Assembly (NCBI GenBank): GCA_047017005.1
Contig: JBKXSZ010000004.1
Location: forward strand, 8,454 to 72,453
Origin: Clostridia bacterium
Lineage (GTDB): Bacteria; Bacillota; Clostridia; TANB77; CAG-508
Direction of reading: 5' to 3'
Length of the DNA: 64,000 nucleotides
Under the pieces are notes generated by a model, which had not been told where the DNA came from, searched no databases, and was given only the letters and a program-made list of their open reading frames with translations. This document shows positions 27,367-36,429 of the stretch, in pieces (within the stretch, counting starts at the first letter, position 1; each line of letters opens with the position of its first letter). The translations under genes and the position numbers were made by a program.

Positions 27367-30300
27367 CTATTCTATGTCTGTCCTTTCTTTATCCTTTTCT
27401 TTGCCTTTCAACTCTCCCAATATGGCGTTCTTATCTAAGTTTCCAATATATCGATAGCAATTTCCCTTTAATCTTGGGTTAAATTGGCAGATAGCTTTGT
27501 ATTCACAATACTCACATGGTGTCTTTTTATTTTTAGGATTATAGTAAGGTTTTAACTCTATTTTTCCTGTTAATATTTCTCTGCTGATTTGTTTGACTAA
27601 TTTTTTAATATATTGCTCCAAGTTCTCAAATTCTTCTCTTGAAATAGCATTGGACTTGGCTTTACTTAAGTTTCCACTCTTATCTAAATAGGCTGGAATC
27701 ACACTAGAAGATCCTGACTCTAGGCCTTTATCCATCATTTTAGCAACTTTTACATCAGCTAAAATATAGCCATTCATTTTGAATTTTTTCTTCATTTCTG
27801 CTGTAATTTCTTCATCTGTTTTATTTCTATCTGCTTTTAAAATAGGGTCAATTAAATTAAAATACAGGATTCCTGCTGGTATACTATCTTCCACCTTTTC
27901 TGTTACGGCATCTAGATAGGTTAATAACTGAATTTGTAGTCCTGCCATTACTTCATTTAAGTCAATGCTTTTTACCGATGATTTATAATCAATAATACGA
28001 AGATAAGTACCATCTTCATTTTTTGCAATATCAACACGGTCTATCTTACCTGTAATTTCCACTCTTTTGCCATCTTCTAATGTTAATTTAATAGCTGGGT
28101 ATTCTTTTCCATCTTTAAATTCTAGCTCTGTCCCATATACATTAAAGTCACTTATTTTTAAGCTCTCAATAATATATTGAATTGATTTTAGAATAACCTT
28201 TTTTAATCTTCTTGTTAAATTGCGAAACTTAGCACTACTGGTAAAGATATAGTTTTTGGAAAGTGCTAGCTTTTCTTGAATAATGTCTTCTATAATTTTC
28301 TCTAATTCTTTTCTGTCTATTTCTTTTACATTTTTTCCTTCTTCTGCTACTGTTTCAAAAAAAGTATCAATAATATCATGCATAAAAGAACCAGTATCTA
28401 CCATTTTTACTTGATAATGTTCTTGTTCTTTTAGTTTTAGTCCATACTTTAGATAGAAGGAGAAAGGACAGGATTGATATTTTTCTAATCGAGAGATACT
28501 AGTTTGTAATGTTTTTCCATAAAGTTTCTCTATATTTTCTGGTTTTATTATTTCTGGTAAATTGGAATATTCCATTCCCTTTAGACTCTGTTTTAAACGT
28601 TCTTTAGTTTCTTCCTTTTGGATGAAATATTCATAAACACCATACCATATAGGATCTATTTCTTCTCCTTGGCTAAGTGCTCTTAATTGCTCTAAAAGAG
28701 CTTCAAAGGTTGGCTTTCTTCTGGTAATACTACTCTTTCTTTCTACGACGTCACTTTCTTCTACGATACTAGGAAATAGTTTCTTTATTTTAGAAATAAG
28801 AATGGAAGGTCTTTGTGATTTTCCTTCATTATCAGAAGACGTATAGGATAAATAAAGTTCTCTTTCTGGAGTCATAAAAGCTTTATATATATTAAAATTA
28901 TCTTCATATAGCTTATCAATGGTTCCTTTTGCAAGTTCCATTCCCTTTTCTTTTAAATATGTTCTATCCGTATCATTAAAAAAGCCCTCTTCTTTGTTAT
29001 TACTTGGAAATGCACCATCATTTAATCCAATGATAAAGACAGCTTTCATCGGATGACTTCTAGAACGGTCTACATCTCCTAAAATTACCTGATCTTGTGT
29101 CCCCGGTATGGTTGCTAGTGAGCTACTATTTAGTCCCACTTTTAACAGTTTGTTGTAGTTGTCAAATCCTACCTTTTCATCTCCTAATGTTAATACTAAT
29201 TCGTCTAGTACATGAATCAATACTTTCCAGCTTTCTTCATAAGCATTTGCTAAATCTAGCATTTCTTCTTTTTTCATTTCTTCTATTCTTTGTTCTAGTT
29301 GTTCTGGTATTTGATTGTCTATTAAATACTGATATAGAGATTTTGTCATCTCTTGTACGGTTTTGCTAGTAGTAAGTCTCGTTTTTAATTCCAATAATGG
29401 GCCTATTATCTGTCTTCGAACCTGATTTAAATATTCAATTTCTTTTTCATTTTTTTCGTCTATAATTCCATATTTCCAATCTTCTTGATACCACTTTTTC
29501 CCCTTAATTCCCCATTGAATACAATAGTTTTCTAATTTAAAGATATCCTCTTGTTCTAAATCTTGAACAAGTCCACTTTTGATATATGCAAACATGGCTT
29601 CATATGACCAATTTTGGGCAAAAATATCAAAGATGGATAAGATGTACTTCATTAAAATATTTTGGCTTAAATCTCGTTTCTCGTCGATAAAAACAGGTAT
29701 TTCATATTCACGGAAGATAGCTTTTGCAAGAGAAGAATAGGCATCCATATTTTTCGTGATAATACCAATGTCATGATACTGGTAACCATCTGTATTTACT
29801 AACATTACAATTTGTTTTGCAACCTCTTCTATTTCTGAATATGGGTTAGCAGCTAAAAACAAATGCATATGTTCTACTTTTTCTGGATAGGGATGATATG
29901 GTATTTGGTACATATTTTGTTCTATATGTTGCAATTCTTTATTTTGAAATCTTAGTAACTTCCCTAGATAGACAGGCATATCTAATGTAATGTTATTTTC
30001 TTTTGCTAGATTTAATAATTTTCCTATTGTTTTTTTATTATCATAAAAAATATCGGTTTCTGGTCTATTGGCCTCCTCTAAGCTGTCAGATGTAATGGTT
30101 ATTGTAACCTGTTTTGCTTGCAATAGTAATTTTCTTATCAACGCATATTCTTGCTCGGTAAAGCCACTAAATTCATCTAAATAGATAGTAGCCCCTTTAT
30201 ATGCTTCCCATTTTTCTATATTTTCTTCTAATTTCGTTAAAATATCATTTTCATCAATATATTTATCTTCTATTTGTTTTTGATATTGGCTATAGATAAG

Positions 30301-30762
30301 TGCCATATCTTCTAATTTTTTAGCAAGGTATGGGTCTTCTATTTGCTCTAATATTTCTTTTATTTTTTCTGGTTTAATCTGATGTTTCTTAAATTCTGTT
30401 ATCGCAGTCTTAATGGTCTCTAAATTCTCATCCGATTTTCCTAAAAAAGTAAATTTCTTTTTCTTTTGTCCTAATAAGTAGTATACCAACATCGATTTTC
30501 CAATATCGGATAATGTAGTTTGGTTTCTTCCTCCAACCTCTTGCATCACACGATATGCCATACGCTGAAAGGTGATTACCTCCGCAGAAAGGACAGCAGT
30601 AGTATTTGCCGCTTCTAACAGCTTCTTTTCTGCTGTATACGAAAACTGTTCTGGGGTAATCATATATATCTTTTCCCCTTCTTGTATTCTTTTTGCTATT
30701 TCTTGAAAGCAGAAATAACTTTTTCCGCTTCCTGCTCTTCCATAAACTAATCGTAAACTCAT
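27367..30762 (-). CDS. addB: helicase-exonuclease AddAB, subunit AddB
   Basis: 1131 aa with an N-terminal GRAGSGKS P-loop and a C-terminal nuclease/Fe-S region (...CEYCEYKAICQF). Confidence 0.9.
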   Translation of the reverse strand: MSLRLVYGRAGSGKSYFCFQEIAKRIQEGEKIYMITPEQFSYTAEKKLLEAANTTAVLSAEVITFQRMAYRVMQEVGGRNQTTLSDIGKSMLVYYLLGQKKKKFTFLGKSDENLETIKTAITEFKKHQIKPEKIKEILEQIEDPYLAKKLEDMALIYSQYQKQIEDKYIDENDILTKLEENIEKWEAYKGATIYLDEFSGFTEQEYALIRKLLLQAKQVTITITSDSLEEANRPETDIFYDNKKTIGKLLNLAKENNITLDMPVYLGKLLRFQNKELQHIEQNMYQIPYHPYPEKVEHMHLFLAANPYSEIEEVAKQIVMLVNTDGYQYHDIGIITKNMDAYSSLAKAIFREYEIPVFIDEKRDLSQNILMKYILSIFDIFAQNWSYEAMFAYIKSGLVQDLEQEDIFKLENYCIQWGIKGKKWYQEDWKYGIIDEKNEKEIEYLNQVRRQIIGPLLELKTRLTTSKTVQEMTKSLYQYLIDNQIPEQLEQRIEEMKKEEMLDLANAYEESWKVLIHVLDELVLTLGDEKVGFDNYNKLLKVGLNSSSLATIPGTQDQVILGDVDRSRSHPMKAVFIIGLNDGAFPSNNKEEGFFNDTDRTYLKEKGMELAKGTIDKLYEDNFNIYKAFMTPERELYLSYTSSDNEGKSQRPSILISKIKKLFPSIVEESDVVERKSSITRRKPTFEALLEQLRALSQGEEIDPIWYGVYEYFIQKEETKERLKQSLKGMEYSNLPEIIKPENIEKLYGKTLQTSISRLEKYQSCPFSFYLKYGLKLKEQEHYQVKMVDTGSFMHDIIDTFFETVAEEGKNVKEIDRKELEKIIEDIIQEKLALSKNYIFTSSAKFRNLTRRLKKVILKSIQYIIESLKISDFNVYGTELEFKDGKEYPAIKLTLEDGKRVEITGKIDRVDIAKNEDGTYLRIIDYKSSVKSIDLNEVMAGLQIQLLTYLDAVTEKVEDSIPAGILYFNLIDPILKADRNKTDEEITAEMKKKFKMNGYILADVKVAKMMDKGLESGSSSVIPAYLDKSGNLSKAKSNAISREEFENLEQYIKKLVKQISREILTGKIELKPYYNPKNKKTPCEYCEYKAICQFNPRLKGNCYRYIGNLDKNAILGELKGKEKDKERTDIE

Positions 30763-30859
30763 TTCATTTCACCTGCTATTATTTTATCATAAAACCAGAT
30801 AAAGAGGTAGATTGAAAAGGAAAAAGATAGAAAACATTCGTTTATCTTCTTCCTTTCAA

Positions 30860-30897
30860 GAAACAAAAAGACTTGCAATTGCAAGTCTCTTTGTTTC
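30860..30897. repeat. 38-nt near-perfect palindrome/hairpin just downstream of ORF 30901..31275
   Basis: GAAACAAAAAGACTTGC-AATT-GCAAGTCTCTTTGTTTC. No flanking U-tract on either strand. Confidence 0.5.
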
Positions 30898-30900
30898 AAG

Positions 30901-31275
30901 TTATACTTTGTGAATTTGTAAGAAAAAGATTTTTCCATCCCTGCTTCTATGGTTATGAATTTGTTCGTCTTTTTCTATCATCTGGAGTATAGATTCTACA
31001 CATCCGATTCGGTAAACACCCCTTTTAAATAGTTCAAACCCTTCTTCAATTTCTTTTTCGACCTGGCTATTTTGATAACAAATAGCTTGAAGAAATTCTC
31101 GTCTTTCCTTCTCTTCTTGGCCTTTCTCAAAAGAAAACATACAATCCCATTGATTCAATTTCTCTAATATTCTTTTTATTTTTCGTTTATAGAAAAAATG
31201 AATCCTTCCTTTTATTTTCTTTTCTTTTATTAGAGTATGTTTTGGAGTTGTTTGCCGTGCTTCTTCTATTGTCAT
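30901..31275 (-). CDS. hypothetical protein (124 aa)
   Basis: ORF only. Contains an in-frame CGG at 31255-31257. Confidence 0.4.
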   Translation of the reverse strand: MTIEEARQTTPKHTLIKEKKIKGRIHFFYKRKIKRILEKLNQWDCMFSFEKGQEEKERREFLQAICYQNSQVEKEIEEGFELFKRGVYRIGCVESILQMIEKDEQIHNHRSRDGKIFFLQIHKV

Positions 31276-31390
31276 GTTCTATAGGCTCCTTTCCTTGAAA
31301 CTTTCCTAACTTCTCCATATTTTGGTATTTTAGCACCAATTAATAGAAAAATCAATACTTTTTCTATTTTTTCTATTTAAAAGGACTTTT

Positions 31391-32266
31391 TTAAGCTGTT
31401 TTATCTTGTTCTCTTCTCCAATAAAATAAATATTGTTGTGCAATTCCTGCTAGATTTCCATATTTCTGTATTGCTAGTTTTTCGATTTCTTCCTTTTTTA
31501 TTTTACTTTCTTCTGGGTCTTGGATGTATAGGTCATTCATCACTCTTCTTACCCAAACATCAATTGGAAATACTTCTAATCTCTTTAACGAAGAAAATAG
31601 TAAAATACAATCTGCAACCTTTGGGCCCACTCCAGGAAATGTCAATAAAATTTCTCTTACTTCGTTTGTCTGCATCTTTTGTAATTTTTCTAAATCCACT
31701 TTTCCCTCTACTACTAGCCTTGTCATCTCATATACTCTTTTATCACGAAATCCTAAGCCTAATACTCTTAAATCTTCTATCGTTGCCTTTGCTAGTTGTT
31801 CTGGTGTTGGGAATGTATAATATGACTTTCCTTTGAATTCAATTATTTCTCCATACGCTTTTGATATCCTTTCAATAATCCCTTTAATTCTTGGAATATT
31901 ATTATTGGCAGAAATAATAAAAGAAATAATCGTCTCCCATAAGTCTTGATTTAATAATCGCATTCCTTTTCCATAAGAAATACTCTCTTGTATATAATTA
32001 TCCACTTTTTCTAATTGTTTTTTTATTTGTGTATAATCTCTATTCAAATCAAAATATTGGGTACAAATCGTCTGAATATCTCCTTGTAAATAACCTTCAA
32101 AGTAGATAGCATCTTCTGTTTGTTTTACCTCTAATACATTCCCTTGAAAAATTCCAATATATCTTTTATCTTCTATTTGATTCCATCGAAAACATTGTCC
32201 ACACTCAAATATATCTCTTACTTGAAAGGACTCTATGTCTTCTAATTTCCATTTTTGCTTTTCCAT
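31391..32266 (-). CDS. ogg: 8-oxoguanine DNA glycosylase/AP lyase (OGG, HhH-GPD superfamily)
   Basis: HhH-GPD motif LLTFPGVGPKVADCILLF...PIDVWV. Confidence 0.8.
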   Translation of the reverse strand: MEKQKWKLEDIESFQVRDIFECGQCFRWNQIEDKRYIGIFQGNVLEVKQTEDAIYFEGYLQGDIQTICTQYFDLNRDYTQIKKQLEKVDNYIQESISYGKGMRLLNQDLWETIISFIISANNNIPRIKGIIERISKAYGEIIEFKGKSYYTFPTPEQLAKATIEDLRVLGLGFRDKRVYEMTRLVVEGKVDLEKLQKMQTNEVREILLTFPGVGPKVADCILLFSSLKRLEVFPIDVWVRRVMNDLYIQDPEESKIKKEEIEKLAIQKYGNLAGIAQQYLFYWRREQDKTA

Positions 32267-32441
32267 TTTCTACCCTCTTTTAAGCTTAATCTTGTTTATT
32301 TTTTTCTTTTCTGTCTATATTTATATTATATCGTATTTAAGTTTAAGATAAAAGTATTTTATCTTTCTTTCTATTTATCTTTCTTCTTATTTATAAACTA
32401 AACCAGTAAATACTAGTTATACACTTTGATTGTTATAACTA

Positions 32442-32470
32442 TTGCTATTTTACATAATTCGTAGTATAAT
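32442..32470 (+). promoter_or_regulatory. sigma-A-type promoter for the GGDEF-like gene
   Basis: TTGCTA (32442-32447), a 17-nt spacer, then TATAAT (32465-32470). This places the transcription start inside the track ORF and so supports ATG 32514. Confidence 0.55.
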
Positions 32471-32513
32471 AAAAATAGGAGTTCCAATTATTGGAAAACG
32501 TGGAGGTAAGATA

Positions 32514-34304
32514 ATGGATAAAAAAGAAAAATTGGAGTTTGCAAACCCTAAAGTAGAAGAATCCATTGATGAAAAAAGAAAATCTTTATTGTTAAGAAGT
32601 ACTACTTATCTAGATAAAAATGCTTTGCAATACCAAAATGGAATTTTAGCTCTTTTAGATGAAGATGGAACAATAAAATATTTAAGAAAAGAGCCAACTG
32701 CTGTATTTAATAGACGTTTTCTAAAGTCTATTCTAATGCCTGGCTATCATTATGACCTCCAAACGAAAAAAGATTCCCCTTTATATTCTCTTGCCTTTTT
32801 AGATTTTGACCATGTAAATGAATTAAATAATGATGCAAAAACTAATTATTATAACCCAGAAACCCCACATGCACATCTCTATCTTGTTGATATAGCTATG
32901 GCTAAAGCAATTGATGCCATAAAAGAAAAATTGCCAAGAGGTTCTATTATTTCTAGGCTTTCTGGAGATGAATTTATTATTATAGCAGATAACTTATCTC
33001 AAAAAGAATTAGGTAATTTTCTAGAAAGTGCCTCATCTTCTCTAAAAAATGACCCTTATTCTTATGCGAGACGTCTAACCTATACTTATGCTGTTAAAGA
33101 TTCTCTTCATGCCTCTTCTTCAAAAGAACTATATCTAGATGTAATGAAAGAAGTAGAAGAATTAAAATTAAAACATAAAGATATATTAAATCCCCAGATA
33201 GATGCAAAAGATAACTTTCTTGCCTTTTGTCAAAAGCAATTTCGAGATCTTTTCTTAGACTATAAATTTAATGCTAGAAATTGTGAACTTACTTCCTTTA
33301 TGGAGAATTGTTTATATGAAATTCGAGATAAGTTAGCCCCCGAAAAACTAAAGGAGCCTACACTTATGCAACAAGAAACTTCTTTAAAAAGGAAAGAAGT
33401 AGAATATGAGTTAGAAAATACTATCTTTACTCCTAAAGAAGCAAAAGATATTCTTCAATTTGTATTAAAAAATGTAGATTCTATTGCCTATTCGAAAAAT
33501 AGCATTGTTCATGAATCTGATAAGCTTGCAAAAGCATTACAGACACATTCTACAACAGGTTTATTTACAAAAGAATTTCTATTTTCTATTTTATTACCAG
33601 TTTTGAATCAATATTTAAACGAAGGAAAGAATTTTCGCCTTTTAAAATATGATATTTATGGTTTAAAACCAAACAATACCGCTTATGGACATGTTCAAAC
33701 AGACTATAAATTAGATAATATTAAATTACAAATAAAAGAGGAATTAGAAAACACATTATCTATTTCTTTTTCAACAGATACTCAGAATTTTTCTAAAAAT
33801 AATAATTATATTATTGATGCAGATGCAGGAAATGTTTATGTTATTATTGGTGATGATACTATAGAAAATAGAGATATTGCGAAACATTATCGTAATATTA
33901 CAAGAATAGAAGATGATTTTCTAGGAGTAACAGCTGCTCTTCTTGACTCCAAAATTTTACAAAAGGATATATCTTTTCATTCTGCAAATATGTCTCCTTT
34001 TGAATACATGATTCAGAAATTAAATATTAGTAACAGTATACAAAAAGGTAATAAACCTCCTATCCAAATATCAGGTTTTCAAAAACTTTTTAATCGTAAA
34101 TTAGATACTATTATATCTTTTTATCAAAAGAATCAAGAACACTTCTCTAGCATATCGCCATCTCGTGTACCTATGTTATGTGCTTCTTCCTTTTCAAAAG
34201 CATACACAATATGTAAACAAGAAAGAGATTCTTTATGCAATTCTGATAAGAATAGACCTGTAAATCCTATAATTCTAAATCAAAACACGGAAGAAATTCG
34301 TTAA
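32514..34304 (+). CDS. cytoplasmic protein with two tandem GGDEF-like domains (first SGDEF, second degenerate)
   Basis: Domain 1: FNRRFL...LAFLDFDHVNELNND...RLSGDEFIII. Domain 2: TGLFTKEFL...LLKYDIYGLKPNNTAYGHVQTDYKLDNIK...DADAGNVYVIIGDD. GGAGG RBS before ATG 32514. Confidence 0.65.
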   Translation: MDKKEKLEFANPKVEESIDEKRKSLLLRSTTYLDKNALQYQNGILALLDEDGTIKYLRKEPTAVFNRRFLKSILMPGYHYDLQTKKDSPLYSLAFLDFDHVNELNNDAKTNYYNPETPHAHLYLVDIAMAKAIDAIKEKLPRGSIISRLSGDEFIIIADNLSQKELGNFLESASSSLKNDPYSYARRLTYTYAVKDSLHASSSKELYLDVMKEVEELKLKHKDILNPQIDAKDNFLAFCQKQFRDLFLDYKFNARNCELTSFMENCLYEIRDKLAPEKLKEPTLMQQETSLKRKEVEYELENTIFTPKEAKDILQFVLKNVDSIAYSKNSIVHESDKLAKALQTHSTTGLFTKEFLFSILLPVLNQYLNEGKNFRLLKYDIYGLKPNNTAYGHVQTDYKLDNIKLQIKEELENTLSISFSTDTQNFSKNNNYIIDADAGNVYVIIGDDTIENRDIAKHYRNITRIEDDFLGVTAALLDSKILQKDISFHSANMSPFEYMIQKLNISNSIQKGNKPPIQISGFQKLFNRKLDTIISFYQKNQEHFSSISPSRVPMLCASSFSKAYTICKQERDSLCNSDKNRPVNPIILNQNTEEIR

Positions 34305-34329
34305 CAGTTTTGTTTTTCGAATTTCTTCT

Positions 34330-35218
34330 TTATTCTGTTTTAAAGCCTTTCCCAAAAACTTCTCTTGAATTTGCAATAATGATAAAAGCATTAGAATCTA
34401 TCTCTTTTGCTAATTCTTTAATTCGAATTACATCACCCCTTGATGCCGCACAAAGAAGTATTGTGGTTTCTTTTTGTGTATACATTCTCTTTCCATATAG
34501 TCCTGTTGTACCTCTTGGTATTTTTTGTCCAATTTGTTCTGCAATCTTTTCTGTTTTGTCTGATATAATAAAGATAAGCTTTGTAAAATAAATTCCTTCA
34601 AATATGATATCAATAATTTTTCCCATAATATAAATTGTAATTGCAGAATAAAGTCCTATTTCAATTTGTCTAAAAAATATTACATTTAACAGTACAATAA
34701 TCGTATCCATAATGATAATAACACTACTCGGCCTATAGATAGGGTTATATTCTTTTACTAGATAGGTAACTAAATCCGTCCCCCCTGTTGATGCCTTTAC
34801 TTTTAAGACCAAGGCTGTTCCGAATCCCCATGAAAATTCCCCCATAAATACATCCAAGCAATGGGTCCATGGTAAGAGGTACTATTTTATCAAAAAGGTC
34901 AATAAAAGTGGATAGTAATATTGTTCCTATTAATGTTTTATAGAACACTTCTTTGCCTACTTTTAAATAGGACCATACAACAAGTGGTATATTTAATATT
35001 AAAATTGTTATTCCCATTGGGACATGAAATAAGTAGTATACAATAGTTGAAATTCCAGCAAATCCTCCAGAAGATAATTGATTTGGTAGTAAAAAACAAG
35101 AGGTACCAAATCCCATGAAAGCTGTTCCTAGTAGGATATATATAATTTCTATACTGTATCTCTTTATTTTTCCTCTTTTCGTCTTCAATACTATCACCTT
35201 ATTGCTAGTATTTCCCAA
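34330..35218 (-). pseudogene. YitT-family membrane protein (DUF2179 C-terminus), interrupted by a 1-nt insertion at about 34822
   Basis: Track ORFs 34745..35218 and 34330..34857 overlap. Removing the coding-strand C in ATT-C-GGAACA restores IYGGIFMGIGTALVLKVKASTGGTD, the conserved YitT motif with correct spacing. Confidence 0.8.
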
Positions 35219-35276
35219 GGTATATTTTTCTATGCAAAAGGAAAAAAGAGAAAATTTCTTCTCTCCTCTTTTATTG

Positions 35277-36371
35277 CTATAATTTTATTTTTTTCTTTTT
35301 TGCTTTTTTTATGTTTTCCTCATCATCTAAAAAGTCTTGATATGTCTTTAAGATTTGCATTTCAAATCTTCCCGGCTTTATTTCTTCTTTTTGTATTACT
35401 TTCATGTCAACATCATATAAGTCTTTTAAATTCTGTAGGTTTTCTTTTTTATGACCTACAACCATATTTACATCATTCGGATTTATTGTAATTTGAACTT
35501 CTTTTACTTTTACGTTATACTTTTTTATTCTATCTAAAATCTTATCATACCATATAGCATCTTCTACTAGCTGTCTAAACGCTGGATGATAAGGCCCTGC
35601 TACTACAGAACTATTCTCTTCTTCTGGTTTGGTAATTTCATCTGTATTTTGTAATGCCATTCGAATGACTTCAATATGTTTTGTTTTAAAGAATTGTGAT
35701 AATTCTTTACATCTTTCTACTGCTTGCATAACCGATAATGGCTCATATTCCCCTTCTTTATATTCCTTTTCTAGATCCGTTCCTTTTATAACTAAAACAG
35801 GATAAATACGTACCATTTTTGGTTTTAATTTAGCTAAATCTTTTGCTGTTTTTAGTTCATCTAATTTCGTACTATCAGGTAGTCCCACCATCATTTGATG
35901 TCCTAAAGTAAATCCATTCCATCTAATTAATTTGGATGCTTTTTTTACGTCTTCAAAAGTATGCCCTCTTCTACATCTTTTTAAAATATAATTATTAGAA
36001 GTTTGTACTCCTAATTCAATTGTCTTAACTTTATACTGTTTTAGCATTTTTAAAATTTCTTTATTTATGGCATCTGGTCTTGTTGAAATACGAATACTCT
36101 CTACTTTTCCATTCTTTATATATTCATATGCAACTTTTAGCAATTCTTCTTGCTTTTGTTTTGCAATAGCTGTAAAACTTCCTCCAAAGAAAGCTATCTC
36201 CGGTTTTATCGGCTCTTTTAGATTTTCTAAATATGCATCTATTGTATTTCTTACTTCTTCTGGTGTTATCATTTGTTTTTTACCACTAATTTTCTTTTGG
36301 TCACAAAAAATACAATTTAGCGGACATCCTAAGTTTGATACAAAGATAGGAATAATATATTGTTTTTTCAT
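35277..36371 (-). CDS. Elp3-like radical SAM protein (no acetyltransferase domain)
   Basis: IPIFVSNLGCPLNCIFCDQ (CX3CX2C). ATG 36371 follows AGAGGTG. This is the gene type usually found next to rnc in Clostridia. Confidence 0.75.
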   Translation of the reverse strand: MKKQYIIPIFVSNLGCPLNCIFCDQKKISGKKQMITPEEVRNTIDAYLENLKEPIKPEIAFFGGSFTAIAKQKQEELLKVAYEYIKNGKVESIRISTRPDAINKEILKMLKQYKVKTIELGVQTSNNYILKRCRRGHTFEDVKKASKLIRWNGFTLGHQMMVGLPDSTKLDELKTAKDLAKLKPKMVRIYPVLVIKGTDLEKEYKEGEYEPLSVMQAVERCKELSQFFKTKHIEVIRMALQNTDEITKPEEENSSVVAGPYHPAFRQLVEDAIWYDKILDRIKKYNVKVKEVQITINPNDVNMVVGHKKENLQNLKDLYDVDMKVIQKEEIKPGRFEMQILKTYQDFLDDEENIKKAKKKKIKL

Positions 36372-36429
36372 TTTTTCACCTCTTACATCTTTTGGTAGTG
36401 TCAACTAAATTTGTTTTTTATTAAGTCAA

